A stretch of DNA of 64,000 nucleotides from an uncultured Alphaproteobacteria bacterium (GCA_963742215.1 CAVULJ010000009.1:84623-148622); one strand, 5' to 3'; shown: positions 10,338 through 20,358, counted from the stretch's first letter. Program-made: numbers and translations. Notes: generated by a model from the letters alone, not told the origin.

Positions 10338-10904
10338 ATGACGAAAGGACACGCCATGGCACAAAAACCGAGTGCTTCCACGAGCTCTGACACGGACGAA
10401 GCCATTGCGACATCAGACCCGACCGAACCGAAAGAGGAACAGGCCGGCAAGCTGGTTGACCGCTTCGCCATCTGGTCCGGCGTCGCCGGGCTGATCCCGC
10501 TGCCGGTGGTCGACGTTCTCGCCGTCGGCGGTCTGCAAGTGCAGATGCTGCGCCGCCTGTCGCAAATCTACGACGTGGAGTTTTCCCAAAACCGCGGCAA
10601 AGCGCTGATCGCGGCGCTGGCCGGTACCATGATCCCGGTGACCAGCGGCATGGGCGCCGCCAGCGCGCTCAAGGCGATACCGGTCGTCAATATTCTGGCC
10701 GCTGGATTTGTCATGCCGGTGCTCTCCGCCGGCGCCACCTATGCCATCGGCAAGGCCTTCGTCCAGCACTTTGAATCCGGCGGCACGCTGCTCGATTTCA
10801 ATCCGCCGGACTATCGCGAGTTCGTCAAGGCGCAGAAGGCAATGTGGGACTCGCGATCGAAGAGTTCGACCACCACCGGGACGGCGGCATCATCCGGTTC
10901 GTAA
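10338..10904 (+). CDS. DUF697 (YcjF-like) domain membrane-associated protein
   Basis: Core ...FAIWSGVAGLIPLPVVDVLAVGGLQVQMLRRLSQIYDVEF...GKALIAAL matches my memory of the DUF697 pattern. Start may be the internal ATG at 10356. Confidence 0.65.
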   Translation: MTKGHAMAQKPSASTSSDTDEAIATSDPTEPKEEQAGKLVDRFAIWSGVAGLIPLPVVDVLAVGGLQVQMLRRLSQIYDVEFSQNRGKALIAALAGTMIPVTSGMGAASALKAIPVVNILAAGFVMPVLSAGATYAIGKAFVQHFESGGTLLDFNPPDYREFVKAQKAMWDSRSKSSTTTGTAASSGS

Positions 10905-10991
10905 GGCGCGCGGGCTTGCGCCAGCCGATGAGGTTTCGTTCGACCTAAAGCGTGACAGTCATCGACCGCGCCCAGTTTCGATTTAGGTACC

Positions 10992-11180
10992 ATGGCCGTA
11001 GCCGTCATCGTCTACATACTCGTGTGCCTGCTCACCGGATTTTGCGGCAGCCATCGCCGCATGGGTTTTTGGGGGACATTCCTCCTCGCGCTTTTAACGA
11101 CTCCACTGGTGGTGCTGACTGTGCTGTTCATCACCGGCCCATCGCGGCGCGTCGAATGGCGTCGCCGCAACGTAGAGTAA
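10992..11180 (+). CDS. Small hypothetical two-TM membrane protein (62 aa)
   Basis: Two clear hydrophobic helices (VAVIVYILVCLLTGFCG; GTFLLALLTTPLVVLTVLFI) and a basic tail. No family recognised. Confidence 0.4.
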   Translation: MAVAVIVYILVCLLTGFCGSHRRMGFWGTFLLALLTTPLVVLTVLFITGPSRRVEWRRRNVE

Positions 11181-11251
11181 CTGTCGGCAAGCGCATCCGT
11201 CTTCTAGCCGTCGGCGGCGCGTGTTGAATGTAGACGGGCGACAGCGCACGA

Positions 11252-12892
11252 ATGTCCTTTCTCCAGCTCGTTCGCAGCGAAATGCACGGCTCGATGCCGA
11301 AGCTGCTGCTCATGTCGAGCCTCGGCGGCATCAGCAACGCCTCGATCCTCGCCGCCATCAATACCGGCGTGCAGGACACCAGTAGCGGCGGCAAGCCTGG
11401 ATTGTGGTCGGCCACGCTTTTTCTGATCGCGCTGTTTCTGTTCATGAAGACACAGCAATACGTGACCATAACGGCGACCGCCGAGATCGAGGCCATCATC
11501 CACAAGCTGCGCACGCGGATGATGGATCTGATAAGGCGCTCCGAACTTCTGGAATTGGAACGGGTCGGCCGCGCCCGCATCGTCGCCTCGGTGACCAGCG
11601 ACACCGCGATCCTCACGCAGGCCAGCAACATGCTGTGCTTTACCGTGCAGGGCGCGGTGCTGATTTTCTTCGTCGGGCTTTATATCGCCTATCTGTCGAT
11701 GGCGGCGTTCCTGTTGACCGTCGTTATCTTTGCCGGCGCGGCGACGATCTTCCACTACAAAAATCGCCGTCTCGCCGAGCAAAAGGGCGAATCGGCGGCG
11801 TGGGAGCGCCGCCTGTTCGATCGGCTGATCGACTTCCTCGACGGCTTCAAGGAAGTGCGGCTCAACCGCGCCCGCAGCGACGCGCTGTACGAGGACGCAA
11901 TCGACGTCTCGAAGACCGCGGCCAACATCAAAATCCGCACCCAGGCCGAAACCTTCAAGATGATCGTGAGTACGCAGATTTCGATGTACATCCTGCTCGG
12001 CGCGGTGGTGTTCGTGGCCCCGAATCTGAGCGACTCGCTCGGCGGCGCGTCCATTGCCAAGACCACCACGGCACTGCTGTTTGTGGTCGGCGCCTGTTTC
12101 GGCCTCGTGCAATCGATCCCGATCCTGCTCAACGCCAATACCGCGGCCGACCGGATCGCGCGGCTGCAAGCGGCGCTGCAGGATACCGTCGTCGACGTGG
12201 CGCCGCTCGAAGTCACCGCGCCGCAGCGTTTCGAACGGATCGAGATGCACAATATCGTGTTCCGCTACGTCGACAAGTTTTCCGACACCGTGTTCAAGAT
12301 CGGACCGATCGATTTCACCCTGCAATCCGGCGAGCTTGTCTTCATCACCGGCGGCAACGGTTCGGGCAAATCGACGTTTTTGCGGGTGCTGTCGGGACTT
12401 TATCCGCCCGATTCCGGCGAGGTCACGCTCGACGGCATGCGCATCAACGACGCCAACCGCGACCATTATCGCGCGCTGATATCGGGGATTTTCTTCGACT
12501 ATCACCTGTTCCAGCGGCTCTATGGCATCCCGGACGCCGACACCGCCGAAATCGCCCGCCTGCTGGCGCAGTTCCGCCTGTCCGACAAGACGTCGCTGTC
12601 GAACGGCGAATTCCGCACGCTCGACCTGTCCGGCGGCCAGCGCCGCCGCCTGGCCCTGATCGTCAGCCTGCTGGAAAAGCGCCCGATTATGCTGCTCGAC
12701 GAATGGACGGCCGAGCAGGACCCGGAATTCCGCCGCAAATTCTATGACGAACTGCTGCCGGATATGATGCGGGCCGGGGCGACCGTCGTGGTGATCACGC
12801 ACGACGACCGCTATCTCGACGAGCTGCATTTGCCGGCGCGGCGCATCCGCATGGACGAAGGCCGTATTGTCGAAGAGCGGGCAATGGGCTGA
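11252..12892 (+). CDS. Fused permease/ATPase ABC exporter of the cyclic-peptide/siderophore-peptide exporter type (YojI/SyrD/PvdE-like)
   Basis: Six-TM N-terminal domain. NBD has Walker A GGNGSGKST, signature LSGGQRRRL and Walker B MLLDEWTAEQD. The ...DYHLFQRLYG... motif is typical of this subfamily. Confidence 0.85.
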   Translation: MSFLQLVRSEMHGSMPKLLLMSSLGGISNASILAAINTGVQDTSSGGKPGLWSATLFLIALFLFMKTQQYVTITATAEIEAIIHKLRTRMMDLIRRSELLELERVGRARIVASVTSDTAILTQASNMLCFTVQGAVLIFFVGLYIAYLSMAAFLLTVVIFAGAATIFHYKNRRLAEQKGESAAWERRLFDRLIDFLDGFKEVRLNRARSDALYEDAIDVSKTAANIKIRTQAETFKMIVSTQISMYILLGAVVFVAPNLSDSLGGASIAKTTTALLFVVGACFGLVQSIPILLNANTAADRIARLQAALQDTVVDVAPLEVTAPQRFERIEMHNIVFRYVDKFSDTVFKIGPIDFTLQSGELVFITGGNGSGKSTFLRVLSGLYPPDSGEVTLDGMRINDANRDHYRALISGIFFDYHLFQRLYGIPDADTAEIARLLAQFRLSDKTSLSNGEFRTLDLSGGQRRRLALIVSLLEKRPIMLLDEWTAEQDPEFRRKFYDELLPDMMRAGATVVVITHDDRYLDELHLPARRIRMDEGRIVEERAMG

Positions 12893-12918
12893 TGATAGGG
12901 GGTCGGTGAGGAAGGCGT

Positions 12919-14254
12919 ATGGCGAAGTATCCCGAGTATCTCGATGAGCTGCCGCCGGTGCCGCATAGCCGGCGATTGCGGCACTATCTCATCCGCCATC
13001 TGCCGGGCGTTTCGGTCCTGCTGCTGGCGGCGATGCTCGCCACCGTGGTGCTGTGGCCGTACATGATCATCACGGTGCCCAGCGGGCGCGTCGGCGTGCT
13101 GTGGAAGCGCTTCAACGGCATCGATCTTTACTGCTTTTGCTGGGTCGGCCGCGGCACCGTGCTCGACCCGCGGGAAGCCCGCGAGGAAGGCCTACATCTG
13201 ATCTGGCCGTGGGACAGGTTGTTCCTCTACGATTTACGGCTGCAATCCTCCACGCAAACCTACAACGCCATCTCGAAGGACGGCGTGAGCGTGACCGCGC
13301 AGATCAGCGTGCGCTACCAGCTTCTGCACAACTCCGTCGCCGTGCTGCACAAATTCATCGGTCCGGGCTATCTGGATTCGGTGGTGATCCCCGAAATCGG
13401 TAGCCAGGCGCGGCAAGTGATCTCGCAATACACGGCGCAAGAGGTCTATACCTCGCGCGAGTCCGATCCAGAAGGAAATCCGCGAGAACGCGCAAAGGAG
13501 CCTGGCGGCCAACCTGAACAAATTGGTGCAGCCCGAGGCGATGGAGCAGCCCGATCCCAAGCACTACGACGACTTCCTGCAAGCCGCGATTCAAATCCTC
13601 GACACGCTTGTGCTGTCGATCGAATTGCCGCCCGACATCGTGGCGGCGATCAATCGGCAGACCGAGCAGTATTACATGATCCAGGAGTACAAATTCCGCG
13701 TCAGCGTGAAGCCGAGGAATCCAAGCGCAAACAGATCGAGGCGGACGGCATCGCCGCGTTCCAGAAAACGGTCAGCCAGGGGATTTCGGAATCCTATCTG
13801 CGCTGGCGCGGCATCGAGGCGACGCTGATGCTGGCGCAGTCGCCCAACGCCAAGATCGTGATCGTCGGCTCGGGCAAGGACGGCCTGCCGATCATTCTCG
13901 GCAATGTCGACAGCTGGCGCCGCACCCACCGCCGCCCCGGGAGCGATCGCGCCGGGCGCTCCGGCGAACCCGGCCGCCACCACGCCGCCGAATCCGCCGC
14001 CGCTGCCGAACGGCAACGGCGCGCCGGCTGGACCCAAGCCGCCGCCCGGAACGTCGGGCGAAGCGACGCCGCCGGCATCGGACAAAGCCGCCGGCGCGGC
14101 GCCCTCCACCGTGACCGCGGAAACGGACAACACCGCTTCCTCGGCGGGCCCGCTCGACGTCCCCGGCGTTCGCTCGATCATGTCGCGAATTTCCGGCGCC
14201 TTGCGCGCCGGCGCGGATCTGACGTCGCCCGGCGAAACAAAATCCGGACAATAG
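12919..14254 (+). pseudogene. SPFH/band-7 (prohibitin-family) membrane protein gene with three frameshifts
   Basis: The band-7 sequence runs in frame 1 (…SKDGVSVTAQISVRYQL…EVYTSRES). It jumps to frame 2 (IQKEIRENAQRSLAANLNKLVQPEAMEQ…EYKFRVS) at about 13464, back to frame 1 (EAEESKRKQIEADGIAAFQKTV…ILGNVD) at about 13706, and to frame 2 (Pro/Ala-rich tail, stop 14254) at about 13908. Confidence 0.7.
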
Positions 14255-14263
14255 CGGAGAATT

Positions 14264-14824
14264 ATGGTGACCGACCGGATGCGATCAGGCCGTGCCCCGC
14301 AGCGCTCTCAGTGGCGCGTGTTGCGGGCCGAGATGCGGTTTGTCGTGCTCACCGCCTGCCTTTTCACCATTATCGCAACCCTGGTCGGCGGCCATCTCTA
14401 CGGCCGGTATTTGGCCTCGCTCGAGCTGGGTGGCCGCGAAAACGCCATCGAGCAGCTCCGCGCCGAAAGCCAGAAGCTCAAAACCCATGCCGACGATCTC
14501 AGCGCGCAAGCCACCGACCTGCAGGTCAAGCTCGACAGGGCGCAGGCCGCGCTGCACGCGATCACGCCTTCGGACAACGCCTACAACCTCGTTCCCAATC
14601 AATCGCTGATCGTCGCCGACGGTCATTTGACCGTCGGCATGGTCGGCGCGCCCGGCAATGAGGGCGTCACGCTCGACATCAACGGCAGACAGCAGACGCT
14701 CGCCGCCGGTCAAATCGTGAGCGTCGCGCCCGATCCGTCCACCACCTGTCAGGTGGGCGTGCAGTCGTTCGATATGTTCAAAGCCGTGCTGACGGCAACG
14801 TGCTCCGGAGCGAAGACGCGGTAA
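14264..14824 (+). CDS. Hypothetical membrane-anchored coiled-coil protein
   Basis: One TM helix (FVVLTACLFTIIATLVGG), then a coiled-coil-like stretch (IEQLRAESQKLKTHADDLSAQATDLQVKLDRAQAAL). Lies 9 nt after the SPFH gene. No family recognised. Confidence 0.5.
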   Translation: MVTDRMRSGRAPQRSQWRVLRAEMRFVVLTACLFTIIATLVGGHLYGRYLASLELGGRENAIEQLRAESQKLKTHADDLSAQATDLQVKLDRAQAALHAITPSDNAYNLVPNQSLIVADGHLTVGMVGAPGNEGVTLDINGRQQTLAAGQIVSVAPDPSTTCQVGVQSFDMFKAVLTATCSGAKTR

Positions 14825-15040
14825 TTGCCCGGGCGGTTTCTGCTTGAGGGGTAAAAGCAGACATCACGCTTGGCCCGCGTCACGTCCGCTTTTGTTGCCG
14901 ACATTCACAGCCTGCGGCGGCCCCTGATTATATTCTATCTATATTTGACATGAACGGGCTGCGGAATGCGCGTGGTGGGGGACTGACCGGCAACCGTGAC
15001 GGCTACAATTGTTGGCCAGTGAATAGTTAGGGAGGAAACC

Positions 15041-16048
15041 ATGGATGCTTCATCGACGCGACGTGAAGTTCTCATAGGTGGCAGCGTCGCGCTGGCGCTT
15101 GCCTCAGGCTCATTGCACGAAGCGGCGGCGCAAGGTCCCATTCTCCTCAAGGTGATGTCTTTCCCCGGCCTTTCCAACTATCCGATATTCGCGGCCCAAC
15201 ACGAAGACCGGTTTGCAAAGCAGGGCATTGCCGTCGACCTGATCTATACGCCGAGTTCGGAGGCCCAGCGCGAGGGCCTCGCAAAGAATGATTTTCAGAT
15301 CATCCACACCGCGGCCGATAACGCCGTCGCCATGGTCGAGCTCGATAAGGCGGATGCAATCATCGTCACTGGAGGCGACAACGGATTCAATCGCATCATT
15401 GCCCAGCCGGAAATCAATTCGCTTTCCGACCTGCGTGGCAAAACCGTTGTGGTTGATGCGCCCAATACCGCTTATGCGCTCCTGCTATACAAGGCGCTCA
15501 AGGACGCCGGAGTCGACAGGGGCGACTTCTCCGTCAGTTCGGTCGGAGGAACCACCCAGCGCATCGACGCCCTGCTCAAAGATAAGGACCATGCGGCGGC
15601 CGCGGTGATTAATGTGCCATTCAATTTCCGCCTTTTGGCGGCAGGAATGAAGGACCTCGGATCAGCGACCAGATCAATTGGTGCCTACCAGGCTGGCTCC
15701 GTGGTCGTCATGCGCGAATGGGCCAAGGCCAACAGCGATGCGCTGGTTCGATACCTCAGGGCCATCATCGAAGGCCGGCGATGGCTGCTTGATCCCGCCA
15801 ATAAGGCGGCGGCCATCCAACTTGCAGTCGATCAGGTCAAGCTCCCGCCCGAAGTCGCGGCGCGCGCCTATGCCTACGTCACTGATCCAGCCGAGGGCTT
15901 CAGCAAGGATGCACAATTCGACATGGCAGGGTTCAAGAACGTGCTGAAGCTACGGGCTGAAATTGAAGGCCAATGGGGCGGCAAGCCTCCCGCACCGGAT
16001 AGGTATTTCGATCTGTCTTATTACAATAAGGCGATCGCCGGCTTGTAG
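15041..16048 (+). CDS. Periplasmic ABC-type substrate-binding protein (NMT1/THI5-like, nitrate/sulfonate/bicarbonate family) with Tat-type signal
   Basis: Twin-arginine leader MDASSTRREVLIGGSVALALASG, SD GGGAGGAAA upstream, and SsuA/NMT1-like body (…DLIYTPSSEAQREGLAKNDFQIIHTAADN…). Confidence 0.8.
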   Translation: MDASSTRREVLIGGSVALALASGSLHEAAAQGPILLKVMSFPGLSNYPIFAAQHEDRFAKQGIAVDLIYTPSSEAQREGLAKNDFQIIHTAADNAVAMVELDKADAIIVTGGDNGFNRIIAQPEINSLSDLRGKTVVVDAPNTAYALLLYKALKDAGVDRGDFSVSSVGGTTQRIDALLKDKDHAAAAVINVPFNFRLLAAGMKDLGSATRSIGAYQAGSVVVMREWAKANSDALVRYLRAIIEGRRWLLDPANKAAAIQLAVDQVKLPPEVAARAYAYVTDPAEGFSKDAQFDMAGFKNVLKLRAEIEGQWGGKPPAPDRYFDLSYYNKAIAGL

Positions 16049-16231
16049 GCAGCGAATCTCTATTCGCGGTCCTTAACCGACATCGCGATGGCGTCGGAGA
16101 CATGACGTCGGGGCAGGCTTCGCGACCTGTCGTTAGTGTTACGAGCCGTCCGTCGTTAGCGTTAATTGGCTTTCTGTCGAATCTTTTGGTGCGCAGACTG
16201 CTACATCCAGTCCGCACCAAGAGCTTCGATA

Positions 16232-17527
16232 ATGAATATGGCTGTCGACACCGTCCGTCCTGGTGAAAAGTGTGACGTCGCCATCGTTGGCGCCGGCCCC
16301 TACGGCCTCGCGGTGGCCGCGCATTTGCGCGCGGCGAATGTTTCGATCCGCGTGTTCGGCGAGGCGATGTCATTCTGGCGGCAAAATATGCCGGAAGGCA
16401 TGAAGCTGCGTTCGCCCTGGATTGCGACACATATTGCCGACCCACTACAGCGTTATCGGCTCGACGATTATTTCGCCGAGGCCGGCTTGCCGCCGCCGGA
16501 CCGGCTGCCGGTCGAAAATTTCATCGATTACGGGATGTGGTTCCAGCAACGCGTGGCGCCGGATCTAGACGCCCGGGCAGTACGGCAGGTGGACGCACGC
16601 GACGACGGGTTTCGCCTTGTCCTCGACGACGGCGAAAGCTTTTTTGCCAAGCGTGTGGTGATGGCGACCGGCCTGCTCAATCACGAGCACCGGCCGGCGC
16701 AATTCGACGGCCTGCCGAGCGCGCTGGTCAGTCATTCGTGCGAACACACGGATTCCGGCCGCTTCCGGGGACGCCATGTTGTTGTCGTTGGCAGCGGGCA
16801 GAGCGCATGCGAGTCGGCCGCTCTCCTGCATGAGGCGGGCGCCAATGTAGAGATCATTTGCCGCGGGCCTCTCCGGTGGAACGGCGACCCGGACCGGCGC
16901 GGCATTTTGCGAACGACGGCGCATGCCTTGCTGGGTGATGGGCTCACTCCGCCGTCGCAGGTTGGACCGTTTCCGTTCAATTGGCTGGTCGAGGCGCCGG
17001 GCATCATCCGCCATTTTTCCGAACAATCCCGCGATCGGCTGAACACGCACTGCCTGCGCGCCACCGCCGCCCGATATCTACGATCCCGCTTGCAGGATGT
17101 ACCGGTCAGCCAAGGCTGCCGCATCCTGGCTGCGCGCCGCGACGGCGATCGTATCGAATTGACGTTGGATAACGCCACGCGGCGCGTCGATCATGTTCTG
17201 CTGGCAACCGGCTATAGGATCGATGTCGATAAAATGAAAATGCTCGATCCGCGCTTGCGCAGCCGCGTTGCGCGACACGGCGGTCTTCCCATTCTATCCG
17301 CCGGGTTTGAATCCAACGTTGCCGGACTGCATTTCGTCGGCTCCTTCGCCGTCGCGAGCTTCGGACCTTTGCTGCGCTTTATTGCCGGCGCCGGATTTGC
17401 GGCGCGGCGCATTACGCGATCGGCGATCGGTCACGGCCGCGCGTTACGCGTCCCCGCCAACAATGGCTTCGCCTCAATCCGAAAAGAAGCGCCACGGCCG
17501 CTTGCCACCGCGCGTGAGCGATCATGA
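16232..17527 (+). CDS. FAD/NAD(P)-binding oxidoreductase (flavin monooxygenase-like, two dinucleotide-binding motifs)
   Basis: CDVAIVGAGPYGLAVAAHL (GxGxxG) and HVVVVGSGQSACESA (second Rossmann motif). Internal ATG 16232 is preferred. Stop overlaps the next start (ATGA). Confidence 0.75.
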   Translation: MNMAVDTVRPGEKCDVAIVGAGPYGLAVAAHLRAANVSIRVFGEAMSFWRQNMPEGMKLRSPWIATHIADPLQRYRLDDYFAEAGLPPPDRLPVENFIDYGMWFQQRVAPDLDARAVRQVDARDDGFRLVLDDGESFFAKRVVMATGLLNHEHRPAQFDGLPSALVSHSCEHTDSGRFRGRHVVVVGSGQSACESAALLHEAGANVEIICRGPLRWNGDPDRRGILRTTAHALLGDGLTPPSQVGPFPFNWLVEAPGIIRHFSEQSRDRLNTHCLRATAARYLRSRLQDVPVSQGCRILAARRDGDRIELTLDNATRRVDHVLLATGYRIDVDKMKMLDPRLRSRVARHGGLPILSAGFESNVAGLHFVGSFAVASFGPLLRFIAGAGFAARRITRSAIGHGRALRVPANNGFASIRKEAPRPLATARERS

Positions 17528-18762
17528 GTTTCATTCAGTCGCGAGCGTTAGCCGCACCTAATGCGAACGGCCCGCCCGGTGCGCTGATCGTCGGCGGCGC
17601 TCACGTCAGCATCGGCGTGGCCCGCAGTCTCGGACGCCACGGCATTCCGGTGTGGCTGCTTGCCGATCATCCGATTCCGCGATTTTCACGTTATGTCGAA
17701 CGCAGCTTTCCGTGGCCTGGGGCCGCCCACGAGGACGGTGTTACCTCGATCATCGACATTGCCAAGCGATACGGTTTGAACAGGTGGGTTCTGCTCGCAA
17801 CCGGCGACGAGGATATGCGCATGATCGCGCAGAACCACGCATTGCTTGCACGGCACTTTCGCGTAGTGACGGCGAGTTGGGAGACGGCCCAGTGGATGTA
17901 CGACAAGCGCCTCACCTATCAGCGCGCAACTGCGCTGGGAATCGATTGCGCCTGGAATTTTGTGCCGCGAGATTTGAGCGACGTCGAGCGGCTGAATTGT
18001 CGCTTCCCGGTCATTCTTAAGCCCGCCTGCCGCGAGGGCGCGAACGAATTCACCCGTGCAAAGGCCTGGAAAGCGGATGATCGCGCCGCTCTGCTATCGC
18101 TTTATCAGCGCGCCGCGGCACTCGTCGGCAATGATGCCGTTATCATCCAGGAGTGGATTCCCGGCAACGGCGAAGCGCAGTTCTCGTATGCCGGCCTGTG
18201 GAACCGTGGCGAGGCGATCGCCACGCTGGTCGCCCGGAGGACCCGGCAGCATCCGATCGATTTTGGCCGATCGAGTACGTTCGTCGAAACTGTCGAGCAG
18301 GATCAGGTCGAAGAGTTGGCCAGCCGCTTCCTGAAGTCGCTCGACTACACCGGTATCGTGGAAATTGAATTCAAGTACGACCGGCGCGATCGGCGGTATA
18401 AGCTTTTGGACGTTAACGGACGTTTCTGGACGTGGAACGGCCTCGGCAACCTGGCCGGCGTCGATTTTCCTTATTTGGCATGGCGACAGGCGCTCGGCCA
18501 AAGCGTCTCACCCGGCCGCGCCAGGACAGGCGTGGCGTGGATGCATGCGAGCCGCGATATCATCGCCGCATATCGAGAGATATCGCGCGGCGCACAGACG
18601 GTGGGCGGTTATCTGTCGGGTTTTCGTAAATCGATGGCTTTCGCGAATTTTGCGCTCGATGACCCATTGCCGGCGATTGTCGAACTTCCCGTCCAGGCTT
18701 GGCATCGCGTCGCAAATGGTCACGATGGACGCGTCGTGACACGGTCGCATCAGCCCCGATAG
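17524..18762 (+). CDS. ATP-grasp domain protein (predicted carboxylate-amine ligase, COG3919-like)
   Basis: FPVILKPA..., ...VIIQEWIPG..., ...GIVEIEFKYDRRDRRYKLLDVNGRFW... are typical ATP-grasp motifs. Translationally coupled to the upstream oxidoreductase. Confidence 0.75.
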   Translation: MSFIQSRALAAPNANGPPGALIVGGAHVSIGVARSLGRHGIPVWLLADHPIPRFSRYVERSFPWPGAAHEDGVTSIIDIAKRYGLNRWVLLATGDEDMRMIAQNHALLARHFRVVTASWETAQWMYDKRLTYQRATALGIDCAWNFVPRDLSDVERLNCRFPVILKPACREGANEFTRAKAWKADDRAALLSLYQRAAALVGNDAVIIQEWIPGNGEAQFSYAGLWNRGEAIATLVARRTRQHPIDFGRSSTFVETVEQDQVEELASRFLKSLDYTGIVEIEFKYDRRDRRYKLLDVNGRFWTWNGLGNLAGVDFPYLAWRQALGQSVSPGRARTGVAWMHASRDIIAAYREISRGAQTVGGYLSGFRKSMAFANFALDDPLPAIVELPVQAWHRVANGHDGRVVTRSHQPR

Positions 18763-18773
18763 AAAATTCTGTG

Positions 18774-19493
18774 ATGAGAACGAGCATATCGGCTCATGCT
18801 CTGGAGCGATGCGGCTTCGGGGTCGGGGCCATCGGCTGGCGGCCGATCACCGCGTCGACATGGATGGCGGCGGCCTTCGTCGTTGCGCTTGCATTGGCGG
18901 CGATCGTGCTTGCCATATTCGGTGCGGCAGACCGCGGAACCGTGCTGGCCTTGCGGGTAACGGCGAGGTGGTCTTTTCTGCTGTTTTGGCTCGCCTATTC
19001 CGGCGGCGCGATGGCGGCGCTGTTTGGGCCGCGCCTTGGCGGATTGGCGGGCCGCGGGCGCGAACTGGGCCTCGCCTTCGCGTCGGCTCAGCTCGTCCAT
19101 GTCTCGCTCGTGCTCTGGCTCTTTTATGTCACAACCGGACCGGGCGGAATGATCTTGTTCTGGGTCGGAGTTCTCTGCACCTATCTCCTCGCGCTGTTCT
19201 CCTTGCCGCGGCTTCGCGACCTGTTCGCGCCGCGCCTGTGGCGGATATTCCGCACGATTGCGCTTGAATACATTGCCCTCGTTTTCGCCGCCGATTTTAT
19301 TCTCGCCCCGCTGCAAACGGGCGGGCTCGGCAAGTATCCGCTGACCTATCTGCCGTTCGCACTCATGCTTATTGCCGGAGCGGGCCTGCGCCTCGCTGCG
19401 TTGGCGCGGCACCAGCCCGTGCTAAATAGGATCGATTTATCGGTGCACGGTCTTCGCGGCTTTGCCGAGGTAAGCAAACCGGCGAACAAGTGA
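18774..19493 (+). CDS. Hypothetical polytopic membrane protein
   Basis: ATG 18774, 11 nt after the ATP-grasp stop. At least six hydrophobic helices. No family recognised. Confidence 0.55.
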   Translation: MRTSISAHALERCGFGVGAIGWRPITASTWMAAAFVVALALAAIVLAIFGAADRGTVLALRVTARWSFLLFWLAYSGGAMAALFGPRLGGLAGRGRELGLAFASAQLVHVSLVLWLFYVTTGPGGMILFWVGVLCTYLLALFSLPRLRDLFAPRLWRIFRTIALEYIALVFAADFILAPLQTGGLGKYPLTYLPFALMLIAGAGLRLAALARHQPVLNRIDLSVHGLRGFAEVSKPANK

Positions 19494-19524
19494 TCCAAAA
19501 CGAAGGTCGCTGGAGACTGTAAAG

Positions 19525-19830
19525 CTATTTGCCGGCGCCGATCAGGGTATCGACGGCCTTCATGAGCGTTACGTCTTGATTACGCAGGCAGTAATCCTCC
19601 ACCTCGCCCACATCATCTTTCAAGGCATTGGCATCGAACACGGTGCTGCCGCGTTTGCCGTTATAGTAACCGCTGAGCCAATACGCGATGTTGGTGGGCA
19701 CGGTAATTGTGTCGTGCAGGAATTCCTTGCAGGTGATCTTGGATACGTCGAGCGTCACTTGCGCGGAGGCAGGTGGCGCGGCGACAAGACAGAAGAACAA
19801 TGCCGCCACAATAAGATTTGTGTTTGTCAT
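19525..19830 (-). CDS. Small periplasmic HdeA/HdeB-like protein
   Basis: Signal peptide ...APPASAQ, then KITCKEFL...YWLSGYYNGKRG...DYCLRNQD. The TC(K/E)(E/D)F...W..G...C layout recalls HdeA-family proteins annotated in rhizobia. This is from memory. Confidence 0.45.
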   Translation of the reverse strand: MTNTNLIVAALFFCLVAAPPASAQVTLDVSKITCKEFLHDTITVPTNIAYWLSGYYNGKRGSTVFDANALKDDVGEVEDYCLRNQDVTLMKAVDTLIGAGK

Positions 19831-19865
19831 GATCCGCGCCCTTACGTTGATTGCGCTCTGCGTGG

Positions 19866-20186
19866 CTATTTGCCGGTGCCGAGAAGGGTTTCGGCGGCTT
19901 TCATAACCGCCACGTCTTGATTGTGCACGCAGTAGAGCTTCACTGCGGCTTCATAATCCTGCAAGCCATTGACATTGATCACGGTGTTGCCGCGAATTCC
20001 GTTGTAGTAGCCGTGGAGCCAGAGTGCGATTTGGTCGGGCTCGAATAGCGTACTGGTCATGAATTCCTTGCAGGTGATTTGGGATACGTCGATCATCATT
20101 TGCGCGCGGGCGAAACAGGCCGTCATAAGGCAAAAAAGCAGTCCCGCTATAATGGACTTTATTCTTGTCACGATACCTGCTCCCAA
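19866..20186 (-). CDS. Small periplasmic HdeA/HdeB-like protein, tandem paralog
   Basis: Same layout as the neighbour (QITCKEFM...LWLHGYYNGIRG...LYCVHNQDVAVMKAAETLLGTGK), 35 nt apart. Confidence 0.45.
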   Translation of the reverse strand: MGAGIVTRIKSIIAGLLFCLMTACFARAQMMIDVSQITCKEFMTSTLFEPDQIALWLHGYYNGIRGNTVINVNGLQDYEAAVKLYCVHNQDVAVMKAAETLLGTGK

Positions 20187-20329
20187 GGTGATTATACTTT
20201 CTACGTGTCACGGATGGTAATCCCGTTGGGCCGACGCAGCCATCCCGTATGGCCCAACGTGGACGTTTGAGAACTGTCCCTCAATATCTGCTTTTGGGGT
20301 GAGGCCGGACACTACGTTTTCAGGGTTGT

Positions 20330-20358
20330 CATGTCCGCTTTTGGCCCAAAAGCGGACA
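20330..20358. repeat. Palindromic REP-type unit ATGTCCGCTTTT-GGCCC-AAAAGCGGACAT
   Basis: Perfect 12-bp arms seen directly. The same GCGGACAT/ATGTCCGC core recurs at 25.5-32.8 kb. Confidence 0.6.

Noticed and set aside
14940-15040. Possible TPP or other riboswitch upstream of the NMT1/THI5-like binding protein gene
   Set aside because: The leader (…GTGGTGGGGGACTGACCGGCAACCGTGACGG…) lacks the CTGAGA / ACCTGATCTGGATAATGCCAGCG-type TPP core motifs, and I could not match any riboswitch consensus I know.
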